The translations under genes were made by a program, and so were the position numbers. A stretch of 20,194 nucleotides of DNA from Sandaracinaceae bacterium. GTDB lineage: Bacteria > Myxococcota_A > Polyangia > Polyangiales > Sandaracinaceae. The stretch is from NCBI GenBank assembly GCA_044220955.1, contig JBGAQA010000112.1:1-20194 (forward strand), given 5' to 3'. Below, piece by piece: positions 1 to 8,260 of this stretch (within the stretch, counting starts at the first letter, position 1; the number at the start of each line of letters is the position of its first letter). The notes below the pieces were generated by a model that had not been told where the DNA came from, ran no database searches, and saw only the letters and a program-made list of their open reading frames with translations.

Positions 1-354
1 GAATGGGTCACCGTGGCCGACCAGCAGCACCCCACGGTGCGCCGTGCCCGCGTCGGCCTGGAAGTGGCCCAGCTCGAGACCGGCAAGGCGCGCGCCGCGA
101 TCCGCCGCGCGAACGGCTGGCTCGCCGAGACGTTCGGCGCGGCGCCGCTCGACGTGGAGGCGAGCGCGCGCCGCTACGCGCTCACGCTCGGCCGCTCGCT
201 CGAGCTCGCGCTGCTCGCCCACCACGCCGACTGGTCGCTGAAGAGCGAGAAGGACGCGCGCGCCAAGCACGCCGCGATCCGCTTCGCGCGGGCGCCCTTC
301 GACCTGCTCGCCGTGCGCCCGCGCGACGAGAGCGCGGCGCTCGCGCTCGACTGA
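1..354 (+). CDS. C-terminal fragment of a probable acyl-CoA dehydrogenase family protein (AidB-like); 5' truncated by the window edge
   Basis: Frame 1 is open from base 1 to TGA at 352-354. The helical tail 'EASARRYALTLGRSLELALLAHHADWSL...AAIRFAR' resembles the C-terminal extension of AidB-like acyl-CoA dehydrogenases (recognition from memory; catalytic motifs lie outside the window). Confidence 0.55.
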   Translation, partial: EWVTVADQQHPTVRRARVGLEVAQLETGKARAAIRRANGWLAETFGAAPLDVEASARRYALTLGRSLELALLAHHADWSLKSEKDARAKHAAIRFARAPFDLLAVRPRDESAALALD

Positions 355-393
355 GCGTCAGGTCGTCTCGAACGGGCCGCTGGGGTCGTGGGT

Positions 394-435
394 CACGCGG
401 CGGGCGCCGTGAGTCTGCGGCGTCCGCGACGCGTG
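394..435. terminator. Long GC-rich hairpin between convergent genes
   Basis: CACGCG(394-399)+GCGGGCGCCG(400-409) pair with CGGCGTCCGC(418-427)+CGCGTG(430-435), with one G-U pair and a 2-nt bulge. There is no U-tract. Confidence 0.45.
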
Positions 436-438
436 CGA

Positions 439-462
439 CTCGCTCTCGCTCTCGCTCTCGCG
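439..462. repeat. (CTCGCT)n hexamer tract, 4 units
   Basis: CTCGCT x3 + CTCGCG, directly abutting the stop codon (463-465) of the minus-strand lipoprotein gene. Confidence 0.9.
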
Positions 463-1377
463 TCAGCTCGCAGGCACCGCGATCGAGTCCGTGATCGTCT
501 CCGGCGTCGAGCTGTCGATCACTGGGAAGGTCTGGTTGCTGGGGCCGACGCCCGGACGGCCCAGGCGCGCCACGACGCGCAGGTAACCGCCGAAGGGCAC
601 GCCGATCTGCGCGAGCAGCATCGCCGTCTCGCAGCCCGTGGCCGAGCACGCCGAGCGGTTGCCGGCGGGCACGTTCGTGAACGGGCCCGGGTTCATCGCG
701 AGCTGGCGCCAGCCGAGCGTCGTGTCGGTGGGCCCCACCGAGTGCGGCATCATCGCGGTGCCCCAGCCGAACTCGGGCTGGAACTCCGCCGTGCCGATGA
801 TCTGGAGCGAGAGGACCTGGTTCACGACGTTCGTACCGTCTCCGAGCCCCGTCGCGAGCATCACGCCGTCGCCGAAGTGCGTGTCGACGTAGACGACGAC
901 CGCGTCGCCGGCGGTGAGCGGCGCGTCGGACTCGAAGCCGAGGTAGAGCCAGTCCCCGTCGCGTCCGTAGTGGAGCGCCGTGAGCCGCTGCGCGAAGCGC
1001 GCGTCCGCGGGGGTGCCGTTCGTCGTGACGCCGGCCGTCGTCCAGAAGTCCTCGGTGAACGTCCCGTCGATCGTGATCTGCAGCGGCGGACCGGCGTCGT
1101 TTCCCGCGTCGATCCCGGGCGCGTCCACGCTGGTGTCGGGCCCCGTGTCCCTGACGCCGGTGTCGCGCGGGCCCATGTCGCGCACGACGACGGTCCCCGC
1201 GTCCTCGCGGTACGCGTCGAGCACGCCCGTGTCGTTGGCCGGCGCGTGCGGCGGCGGCGGCACGCTGCACGCGGCGAGGCCGAGAACGAGTGCCAGCGAA
1301 TTGCGTCGGCTCGCCCCAGCGGCCCCTCCCGTTCGCGTGCGCAGGCCGGTGGCGAGCACTCGTGTGTCAGTCCGCAT
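463..1377 (-). CDS. Putative lipoprotein with D-x-G-rich linker and DOMON/CBM9-like beta-sandwich domain
   Basis: ATG at 1377 overlaps the end of the upstream phosphoesterase by 11 nt. Lipobox LGLAAC is followed by the linker NDTG..EDAG..RDTG..IDAGNDAG. 'ITIDG...W...LTALHYGRDGDWLYLGF...GDAVVVYVDT' matches the DOMON-like/CBM9 pattern. The domain call is tentative. Confidence 0.7.
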   Translation of the reverse strand: MRTDTRVLATGLRTRTGGAAGASRRNSLALVLGLAACSVPPPPHAPANDTGVLDAYREDAGTVVVRDMGPRDTGVRDTGPDTSVDAPGIDAGNDAGPPLQITIDGTFTEDFWTTAGVTTNGTPADARFAQRLTALHYGRDGDWLYLGFESDAPLTAGDAVVVYVDTHFGDGVMLATGLGDGTNVVNQVLSLQIIGTAEFQPEFGWGTAMMPHSVGPTDTTLGWRQLAMNPGPFTNVPAGNRSACSATGCETAMLLAQIGVPFGGYLRVVARLGRPGVGPSNQTFPVIDSSTPETITDSIAVPAS

Positions 1378-2467
1378 ACGGCACCACCTCGTACGGGCGG
1401 CGCGGCCCGTGCCATCGATTGAGCGCGACCTTGGGCGGACCCTCGTCACCATACTGGATCGTACAGTACGTCAGGCCGCTGTCCTGCCCGAGGTGGCTCA
1501 CGTCGAGGTTGATCATCTTCATCCAGGTGCCGGTGTTCACGAGCACCTTGCCGCCCTCGATCGTCAGGTAGCGCGGGCCGTGGCTGTGCCCGAGCACCAG
1601 GTGCGTCACACCGCGCAGCCGCCGCAGCTCGCGCAGCGACGCCTCGTCGTAGCCGCCGAGCGCGAGGATGTCCTGCCGGAGCAGCTCGGGGATCCGGAAG
1701 AGGCGCTCGCGCCAGGCGCCGATGTTGAACACGCGCCACTTCAGGAAATAGAGCGTCGAGCGCCACAGGAAATGGAGCACGAAGCGCGTGTCGAAGAGGA
1801 ACGAGCCGAGCAGGAAGCGCGAGAGCGGCTGGATGCGGTCGACGTAGCTGCGCTCCTGCTTGGCGGGGTTCATCACGTCGAGGATCCAGAGGCTCCCCCA
1901 GGGCAGATCGAGCACGAGCGTCCCGTCCCGGCGCTTGCGCGTCAGCCGCCGGTAGTCCACGCGGTGGATGCGCTCGAGCTGGTGTCCGTGGCGGATCTGG
2001 ATGCCGTCCGGTAGGTAGTACGTGTCGCTCGCCGTCACGAACTCCAGCCGGTCCTCCGGCACGTTCGGCGCCACGTAGCGCCGCAGGAGCTGCTGCGGGC
2101 CCTTGAGCACCATGTCGAGGTCGTGGTTGCCGGGCACGAAGACGATCCGGTGGGAGGGTCGCTTGAGGAAGTCGCGCAGGGCGCGAACGAAGCGCGGGTG
2201 ACCGTCCAGGCACTGCCGCAGCTTCTCGGTGGCGATCTCGTCGGTGATCTCGTGGGGCCACCTGCCCCCGATCGTCACCTTGAGCAGGTCGAAGATGTCG
2301 CCGTTCAGGATGAGCTCGATCGGCGTGTCCCCCAGCTCGCGCTCGTAGTGGCCGAGCAGGTCCGCCAGCTCCTCGTCGTGGCGGAAGTCCTCGAACGGAT
2401 TCGGCTCGCCCTGCCGGACGCCGGTCCCGAGGTGAAGGTCGCTGAGGACGAGGCGGAGGAGGTTCAT
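1367..2467 (-). CDS. Calcineurin-like metallophosphoesterase
   Basis: All five motifs are present in order: SDLHLG, NGDIFD, PGNHD, HGH, GHSH. The ATG at 2467 (MNLLRLVLSDLH) fits the domain start better than the longer ORF-track start. Confidence 0.92.
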   Translation of the reverse strand: MNLLRLVLSDLHLGTGVRQGEPNPFEDFRHDEELADLLGHYERELGDTPIELILNGDIFDLLKVTIGGRWPHEITDEIATEKLRQCLDGHPRFVRALRDFLKRPSHRIVFVPGNHDLDMVLKGPQQLLRRYVAPNVPEDRLEFVTASDTYYLPDGIQIRHGHQLERIHRVDYRRLTRKRRDGTLVLDLPWGSLWILDVMNPAKQERSYVDRIQPLSRFLLGSFLFDTRFVLHFLWRSTLYFLKWRVFNIGAWRERLFRIPELLRQDILALGGYDEASLRELRRLRGVTHLVLGHSHGPRYLTIEGGKVLVNTGTWMKMINLDVSHLGQDSGLTYCTIQYGDEGPPKVALNRWHGPRRPYEVVPYAD

Positions 2468-2527
2468 GGACGACCGGAGCGCCCGGCGCGGCCGGGCCGA
2501 ACGATGGCGGATCGGCCGGGCCGCTCC

Positions 2528-2555
2528 TTGACTTCCCCTAGGTTCCCCCGATACT
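2528..2555 (+). promoter_or_regulatory. Candidate sigma70-type promoter for the IPT/TIG-IgGFc pair
   Basis: TTGACT (2528-2533), 16-nt spacer, GATACT (2550-2555), in a divergent intergenic region. Confidence 0.4.
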
Positions 2556-2649
2556 CGCCAGGTGGCCATTTCTCGGCGATTCCCGGTGTTTCCGGGGATG
2601 GCCGTGACTTGAATGGGAGGTCGCGGACGCGCGACCGAGGGTGATCGAG

Positions 2650-4779
2650 ATGACGCGACGCGCGCTTGGCCTCGGGCTCGGGCTGATCCTTTCTCTCTCG
2701 CTCGCCAGCGCGGGCTGCAACGAGCACGCGATGCTCGCGCTCCCCGAGGCCGGCGAGTTCGACGCCGGCCCGGGCCACGACGCGGGGATGACGTTCGCCG
2801 ACAGCGGGATCGGCTTCAGCGATCTCTCGATCTTGCGCGTGGTTCCCGACCACGGGCCGTTCACCGGCGGCAACGTCGCCGTGCTGCGCGGCGCGGGCTT
2901 CACCGACACGGCGCAGGTGACGTTCGGCACCCACATGGTGCAGCCGGCCGATCACACGCTCATCGACTCGCGGCGTCTGCAGGTGGTCGTGCCCGCCGGC
3001 ACCGTCGGCCCCGTGGACGTCTCGATCCAGGTGGACGATCACACCTTCACGCTGCCGCGTGGCTACACGTACGACGCGATCAGCGTCGACCCCGATCGCG
3101 GCTCGGTCGCCGGCGGCACGTTCGTCAACATCGTCGGCAGCGGCACCGCGTTCGCGACCGGCGACTCCGTGCTCTTCGGCCGTGCGCCGTGCACCGGCGT
3201 CACCGTGGTCTCGCCCGAGCGCATCACCTGCCGCACGCCACCGATGTCCGCCGGGACGGTCGACGTCACCGTGGTGAGCGGCGCGGACGGCACCGAGACG
3301 ACGGCGGTGCAGGCCTACGACTACTACGACACCGCCGACCCGGTCTCGGGCGGCCTCGGCGGCGGGCCGGCGAACGGCACCATCAACGTCACGGCCATCG
3401 ACTGGAACACCGGCATGCCGATCCCCGGCGTGTTCGCGATCGTGGGCGAGGACCTGTCGACGCCGTACCAGGGCATGACGGACTCGCTGGGGCAGATCAG
3501 CTTCTCCGGCCCCGACCTCGTCGGGCAGCACACGGTCCACCTCTCGAAGCACTGCTACATGCGGACGTCGTTCGTGGCGTTCGACGCGCAGGACGCGACC
3601 GCGTTCATGATCGCGTGGCAGGACCCGATGTGCGGCATGGGCATGGGCAACCCGCCGCCGGGCCGTGGACGCAACGGCTCGTTCGTCGAGGGCGACCTCG
3701 TCTTCCCGCAGGGCGAGCAGCACTACGGCTCGAACCCGTGGGACATCATCCCGCCGCCGCGCACGGACTGGGTGCGCGTCGCGTACGTGTACTCGACGCA
3801 GGCCTCGCTCGAGCGCCCGGCGCCAGACCCCTCGCTCGGCGGCGCGATCCAGCGCGTCGTCGAGACGACGCTGCCGCCCGACGGGCACGTCGGATACCCG
3901 TACAGCATCTTCGTCGAGCCGCGCGGCATGGCCGTCTTCGCGCTCGCCGGGCTCGAGAACACGATGACCGGGCAATTCATCCCCTACGTGCAGGGCGTCG
4001 CCCGCAACGTGCTCGTCGGTCCCGGCGAGACGGCGACCGGCGTGAACATCCAGATGAACCTCCCGCTCGACCACACGCTCGTGACGAACCTCGGGATGCT
4101 GCCGCCCCAGGTGAACGGGCAGCCGGACCGGTTCTACGTCCAGGCGTACGTCGACCTCGGCGGCGAGGGCGTGATGGTGCGCAACGTGAACGGCACCGAC
4201 TTCGACTCGATCCGCCGACGCGACGCGAACCGCGAGTTCCGCTTCTTCTCGGAGCCGAGCCTCACGGGCACGATCGCGGACGGCCGCTTCCGGGTGATCG
4301 CGGGCTACCAGTCGCAGTACCAGTCGCCGTACACCGGCAACCCGCTCGGCCTCGACCCCTACCCCTTCACCTACGTCGTCTCGACGGGCATCACGGCGGT
4401 CGACGAGGCCGTCCAGCTCGCCGACTTCCTCTCCGTCCCGGACGCGACCTCGCCGGCCGACGGCGAGCGACTCCCCGCCGACCGCGTCCTGCGCTGGGAA
4501 GAGGACGGCGGCCCGCCGGCGGACTTCCACCTCATCCTGATGTTCGGTGGTGACGGCAACCCCGCGTGGATGATGTTCGTGCGCGGCGACCAGCACGAGG
4601 CCGGGATCCCGGACCTGTCGAGCATCCCGATGGTCGACGACATCTCGAGCGGGCAGATCCTCTGGGGCGTGTGGTCGGTGACCATCCCCGGCTTCGACTT
4701 CGACGACCTCTCGTACAACTACCTGTCGATGGCCTACTGGTCCGCGTACTCGTACAACTTCTTCACGTCTGAGATCTGA
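2650..4779 (+). CDS. IPT/TIG domain-containing lipoprotein (2 IPT/TIG domains plus further beta-rich domains)
   Basis: Signal peptide ends in SLASAGC. Two IPT/TIG repeats: 'ILRVVPDHGPFTGGNVAVLRGAGF...' and 'ISVDPDRGSVAGGTFVNIVGSG...ITCRTPPMSAGTVDVTV'. The start could be GTG 2641 or ATG 2650. Confidence 0.88.
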   Translation: MTRRALGLGLGLILSLSLASAGCNEHAMLALPEAGEFDAGPGHDAGMTFADSGIGFSDLSILRVVPDHGPFTGGNVAVLRGAGFTDTAQVTFGTHMVQPADHTLIDSRRLQVVVPAGTVGPVDVSIQVDDHTFTLPRGYTYDAISVDPDRGSVAGGTFVNIVGSGTAFATGDSVLFGRAPCTGVTVVSPERITCRTPPMSAGTVDVTVVSGADGTETTAVQAYDYYDTADPVSGGLGGGPANGTINVTAIDWNTGMPIPGVFAIVGEDLSTPYQGMTDSLGQISFSGPDLVGQHTVHLSKHCYMRTSFVAFDAQDATAFMIAWQDPMCGMGMGNPPPGRGRNGSFVEGDLVFPQGEQHYGSNPWDIIPPPRTDWVRVAYVYSTQASLERPAPDPSLGGAIQRVVETTLPPDGHVGYPYSIFVEPRGMAVFALAGLENTMTGQFIPYVQGVARNVLVGPGETATGVNIQMNLPLDHTLVTNLGMLPPQVNGQPDRFYVQAYVDLGGEGVMVRNVNGTDFDSIRRRDANREFRFFSEPSLTGTIADGRFRVIAGYQSQYQSPYTGNPLGLDPYPFTYVVSTGITAVDEAVQLADFLSVPDATSPADGERLPADRVLRWEEDGGPPADFHLILMFGGDGNPAWMMFVRGDQHEAGIPDLSSIPMVDDISSGQILWGVWSVTIPGFDFDDLSYNYLSMAYWSAYSYNFFTSEI

Positions 4780-4797
4780 GCGATCGCCGGAGGCCTC

Positions 4798-6921
4798 ATG
4801 TTCCGTTCGCTTGGGCTCGCTCGGATCGACGGGTGGGCGGCTCTCGCATCTTGGTTCTTGCTCGCTTCGTCGCTGACCGCCCCTGGCTGCACCGTCGGGG
4901 CCACGCGGGAGCGCATCGACGGCGGCAACCCGCTGCTGCCGGACGGCGCCTTCGTCTGCCTGAACTCGGACTCGCGCGCCTGCACGGGCACGATCCTGCG
5001 CAGCTGCCTCGTCAACGGCGAGTTCCTGACGCCGACGCAGCACGACTGCGCGGACGACGGGCGGCTCTGCATCGACGGGATCGGCTGCGCGCTCTGCCGC
5101 CCGGACGCGTTCGGCTGCCGCGGCCAGGACGTCGTGGTCTGCTCCCACGACGGGCAGTCCGAGACCGTGCAGGAGACGTGCGACATCACGATGGGCGACT
5201 CGTGCGTCAACGGGTCGTGCGTGAACCTCTGCGAGATGGCGCTCGACCAGCGCTCGTACGTCGGATGCGAGTTCTACGCGGCCGATCTCGACAACGCGGT
5301 CGTGGAGAGCGGCGACGCGTCGGCGCAGCAGTACGCGATCGTCGTGTCCAACGCGGGGCAGTACACGACCGAGGTCGTGATCGAGCGTGACCGGGGCGCC
5401 TTCGGCGCGGCGTCGATGCCCGAGAGCATCCAGACGGTGATGATCGGACCCGGCGACCTCGAGATCTTCCGGCTGCCGCGGCGCGAGGTCGACGGCTCGT
5501 CCAGCTTCCTCACCTGCACCGGCGACGCCATGTGCAACCAGGGCGAGCACTGCTACTGCATGGGCGGCATGCCGCCGGGCCCGGGGCGCACGGACTGCCG
5601 CTGCCGCAACGCTCCGACGGCCAACGGGCGCAACGACGGCACACACTCGGCGCTGACGTCGAACGCGTACCGCATCCGCTCGACGCTCCCCGTCGTCGCC
5701 TACCAGTTCAACCCGCTCGACAACGTCGGCGTGTTCTCGAACGACGCCTCCATCCTGCTTCCCACCTCGGCGATCGGCTCGGCGTACACCGTCGTCACCT
5801 GGCCGCAGACGATCGCGGACTCGACCGACGCGACGCACGACTTCATCCCGGGCGACGTGCACAACGAGGATCTCCGCTCGTTCTTGACCATCATCGGCTC
5901 GAGCGAGGGCACGCACCTCTCCGTCACGCTCGGGCGCCGCGTCGTCGAGGTCCACGGCGTCCCGGGCTTCCCCGGACCGCTCGGAGACGGCGACCTCTTG
6001 ACGTTCGATCTGGGAGCCTTCGACGTCGTGAACCTCGAGACGCACGGCTTCAACGGCGACTTCACCGGCACGACCATCACGAGCGACCGCGCGGTCACCG
6101 TCCTGGCCGGAAGCGAGGCGTCCGACGCTCCCCGCTTCGACGACCTCGCCAACCGCCAGTGCTGCGCGGACCACCTCGAGGAGTCGATCCTTCCCGACAC
6201 CGTCCTCGGCCGGCACTTCTTCATCGGACGCACGCCCTCGCGCTCGGTGGCCCTGAACCACGCGTTCGTCACCACCGACAGCGTGGGCGAGTTCAACGAG
6301 CCCGAGTACGTCCGGATCCTCGCGATCGATCCGGGCGTGACGATGGTGACCACGACCATGCCCTTCCCGAACGACGTCCTGATGATGGCCGAGGGCGACG
6401 ACCTCATCCTCACCGCGACGCAGGACTTCCGGATGGACGCCGACCAGCGCATCGCCGTGATGCAGGTCATGGCGAGCCAGCAGGCGACCGGCATCGCGAA
6501 CGCCTATCCGGGCGGCGATCCCTCGCTGATCGCGGTCGCGCCCGTCGACCAGTGGCGCAACGACTACGTCTTCCTCACGCCGCTCTACTACGGATTCGAC
6601 TTCGTCACGATGGTCGCGCCGGCCACCGCCCAGATCCAGCTGGACGGGGCGCCGCTCGACCCCAACGCGTGCACGGTGGGCCCGGCCGACGGCCGCGTGC
6701 GCATGGACGGCGAGCCGGAGCCGGACACGCTCGTCTACCACTGCCAGCTCTCGTTCCCCGACGTGGTGGGGCTGCCCAACATCCGTGTCGAGGACGGTAC
6801 GCAGCACGACGGCTACCACACGCTGCAGGCGACGCAGCCCATCTCGCTCCTCGTGTCGGGCTTCGACCGCTTCGTCAGCTACGCCTACGCGGGCGGCATG
6901 AACCTGCGCCCGCTGATGTAG
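4798..6921 (+). CDS. IgGFc-binding protein N-terminal domain-containing Cys-rich lipoprotein
   Basis: GGAGG RBS just upstream and an 18-nt gap from the previous gene. Probable lipobox LTAPGC and a Cys-rich N-terminal region. Family motifs: SYVGCEFYAADLDN, QYAIVVSN, AYRIRSTLPVVAYQFNPL, FSNDASILLP, CCADHLEE, GDPSL..VAPVDQWRNDYVFLTP, VSYAYAGG. Confidence 0.88.
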   Translation: MFRSLGLARIDGWAALASWFLLASSLTAPGCTVGATRERIDGGNPLLPDGAFVCLNSDSRACTGTILRSCLVNGEFLTPTQHDCADDGRLCIDGIGCALCRPDAFGCRGQDVVVCSHDGQSETVQETCDITMGDSCVNGSCVNLCEMALDQRSYVGCEFYAADLDNAVVESGDASAQQYAIVVSNAGQYTTEVVIERDRGAFGAASMPESIQTVMIGPGDLEIFRLPRREVDGSSSFLTCTGDAMCNQGEHCYCMGGMPPGPGRTDCRCRNAPTANGRNDGTHSALTSNAYRIRSTLPVVAYQFNPLDNVGVFSNDASILLPTSAIGSAYTVVTWPQTIADSTDATHDFIPGDVHNEDLRSFLTIIGSSEGTHLSVTLGRRVVEVHGVPGFPGPLGDGDLLTFDLGAFDVVNLETHGFNGDFTGTTITSDRAVTVLAGSEASDAPRFDDLANRQCCADHLEESILPDTVLGRHFFIGRTPSRSVALNHAFVTTDSVGEFNEPEYVRILAIDPGVTMVTTTMPFPNDVLMMAEGDDLILTATQDFRMDADQRIAVMQVMASQQATGIANAYPGGDPSLIAVAPVDQWRNDYVFLTPLYYGFDFVTMVAPATAQIQLDGAPLDPNACTVGPADGRVRMDGEPEPDTLVYHCQLSFPDVVGLPNIRVEDGTQHDGYHTLQATQPISLLVSGFDRFVSYAYAGGMNLRPLM

Positions 6922-6972
6922 ATCTCGAGCCGAGTGCCCGCCGCGGAGGTCCCGGACGGGAGCGGGCGGCGC

Positions 6973-7000
6973 GCGGACGGGAGGAGTCGTCCGCTTTCGT
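6973..7000 (+). terminator. Candidate intrinsic terminator after the IgGFc-domain gene
   Basis: Stem GCGGACG(6973-6979)/CGTCCGC(6988-6994), followed by TTTCGT. Confidence 0.45.
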
Positions 7001-7015
7001 GCCGCGCGGTTGATG

Positions 7016-7021
7016 TATCCT
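7016..7021 (+). promoter_or_regulatory. -10-like hexamer TATCCT, 7 nt before ATG (leaderless-type)
   Basis: TATCCT-gccggcc-ATG(7029), with no SD in between. Confidence 0.55.
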
Positions 7022-7028
7022 GCCGGCC

Positions 7029-8207
7029 ATGAAGCGGCTCTGGGGCCTCGCGCTCGCATCCTTCCTGCTCCTCGCTCTCTCGCTGCCGGCCCTCGCGCAG
7101 ACCACCGGCGGCAGCTTCGGCGGGGGCGACTTCTCGAGCGGCGGCGGCGGTGGCGGCGACGACTGGGGCTCGAGCGGCGGCTCCGACTGGAGCTCGAGCG
7201 GGAGCGACTGGGGCTCGAGCGGCGGCTACGGCGGCTCCTACGGCGGCTACTCGTCCGGCGGCGGCGGCGGCGGCGGGATGGGCTGTGGCGGCCTCTGCTG
7301 CACGGGCTTCGTGATCGCCATCGTGGTGATCGTCATGGTCATCCAGCAGCGGCGTCAGGGCGGCATGTACCAGGGGCCTCCGGGCGGCATGGGCGGCCCG
7401 ATGATGGGCGCGCCGGGCGGCTTCAGCCCGATGGCGCCTCCCGGCGGCGGCATGGGCGGCGGCTACATGGGCCCGAACGCCATGTACGTGACGCAGCTCT
7501 CGATCGGCCTCGACTGGCGAGCGCGCGCGCAGCTGCAGCAGACGCTCATGCAGCTGGCCCAGCGCGGCGACACGGGCTCGCCCCAGGGGCTGGCGAACCT
7601 GCTCAACGAGACGGTGCTGAACCTCCGCAGGAACGAGATGGCGTGGCTCTACGCCTCGTACAAGGACGGCGGCAGCCATGCGCCGCAGCAGGCGCAGGGC
7701 GCCTTCCAGCAGCTCGCGAACGAGGCGCGCTCGCGCTTCCGGAGCGAGCTGGTGCGCGGCGCGGGCGGTCAGGTGAACCAGACCGACGCCCCGGGGATGC
7801 AGGCGCGAGCAGACGAGGGCAAGGGCACGGTCGTGGTGACCATCGTGCTCGCCACGCGGCGTCCCGTGCAGGGCGTGATGATGCCCATGGGCGGCGCGCC
7901 CGGGATGCCCCCGCCCTCGCCGAGCGCCGATCAGATCCGCAACGCGCTCGCCGACCGCGGCACGATCAACGCCCAGCAGATGGTCGCGCTCGAGGTGGTT
8001 TGGTCGCCGGCCGCCGAGAACGACCGCATGAGCACGGCGGAGCTCGAGCAGTTCTACCCGGAGATGCGGCTGATCGACCCGAACAGCATCGCGGGCCGCG
8101 TGTTCTGCGCGTACTGCAACGGACCCTTCCCGGCCGAGCTGCTGACGTGCCCGCACTGCGGCGCCCCCGCAGAGGCCAGCAAGGACCGAAAGACTCCGCC
8201 CCGGTGA
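7029..8207 (+). CDS. DUF1517 (FLAP1-like) membrane protein with C-terminal Zn-ribbon
   Basis: Signal peptide (ALA|Q), TGGSFGGG Gly-rich start, one TM segment, and the DUF1517-type end 'LEVVWSPAAENDRMSTAELEQFYPEM', then CAYC-x10-CPHC. Confidence 0.85.
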   Translation: MKRLWGLALASFLLLALSLPALAQTTGGSFGGGDFSSGGGGGGDDWGSSGGSDWSSSGSDWGSSGGYGGSYGGYSSGGGGGGGMGCGGLCCTGFVIAIVVIVMVIQQRRQGGMYQGPPGGMGGPMMGAPGGFSPMAPPGGGMGGGYMGPNAMYVTQLSIGLDWRARAQLQQTLMQLAQRGDTGSPQGLANLLNETVLNLRRNEMAWLYASYKDGGSHAPQQAQGAFQQLANEARSRFRSELVRGAGGQVNQTDAPGMQARADEGKGTVVVTIVLATRRPVQGVMMPMGGAPGMPPPSPSADQIRNALADRGTINAQQMVALEVVWSPAAENDRMSTAELEQFYPEMRLIDPNSIAGRVFCAYCNGPFPAELLTCPHCGAPAEASKDRKTPPR

Positions 8208-8209
8208 GG

Positions 8210-8235
8210 GCCCGGTAACGCCCGGGCGGGTTTTT
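8210..8235 (+). terminator. Candidate intrinsic terminator
   Basis: GCCCGG(8210-8215)/CCGGGC(8222-8227) stem, then GGG and TTTTT(8231-8235), just after the DUF1517 stop. Confidence 0.45.
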
Positions 8236-8243
8236 CGGCGGCC

Positions 8244-8252
8244 TGCTAGGCT
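8244..8252 (+). promoter_or_regulatory. Extended -10-like TGcTAGGCT, 8 nt before ATG
   Basis: TG-c-TAGGCT-cgcgcacc-ATG(8261), with no SD. Confidence 0.55.
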
Positions 8253-8260
8253 CGCGCACC

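Noticed and set aside
1..82. Possible chimeric junction: the minus strand here reads protein-like (GLELGHFQADAGTAHRGVLLVGHGDPF)
   Set aside because: Too short to judge. The plus frame is continuous with the dehydrogenase-like tail, and read mapping would be needed.
2464..7059. 1531-aa minus-strand ORF
   Set aside because: It is an antisense shadow of the two well-supported plus-strand genes. It is Arg/Val/His-rich with no motifs, and long stop-free antisense frames are expected with strong GC3 bias.
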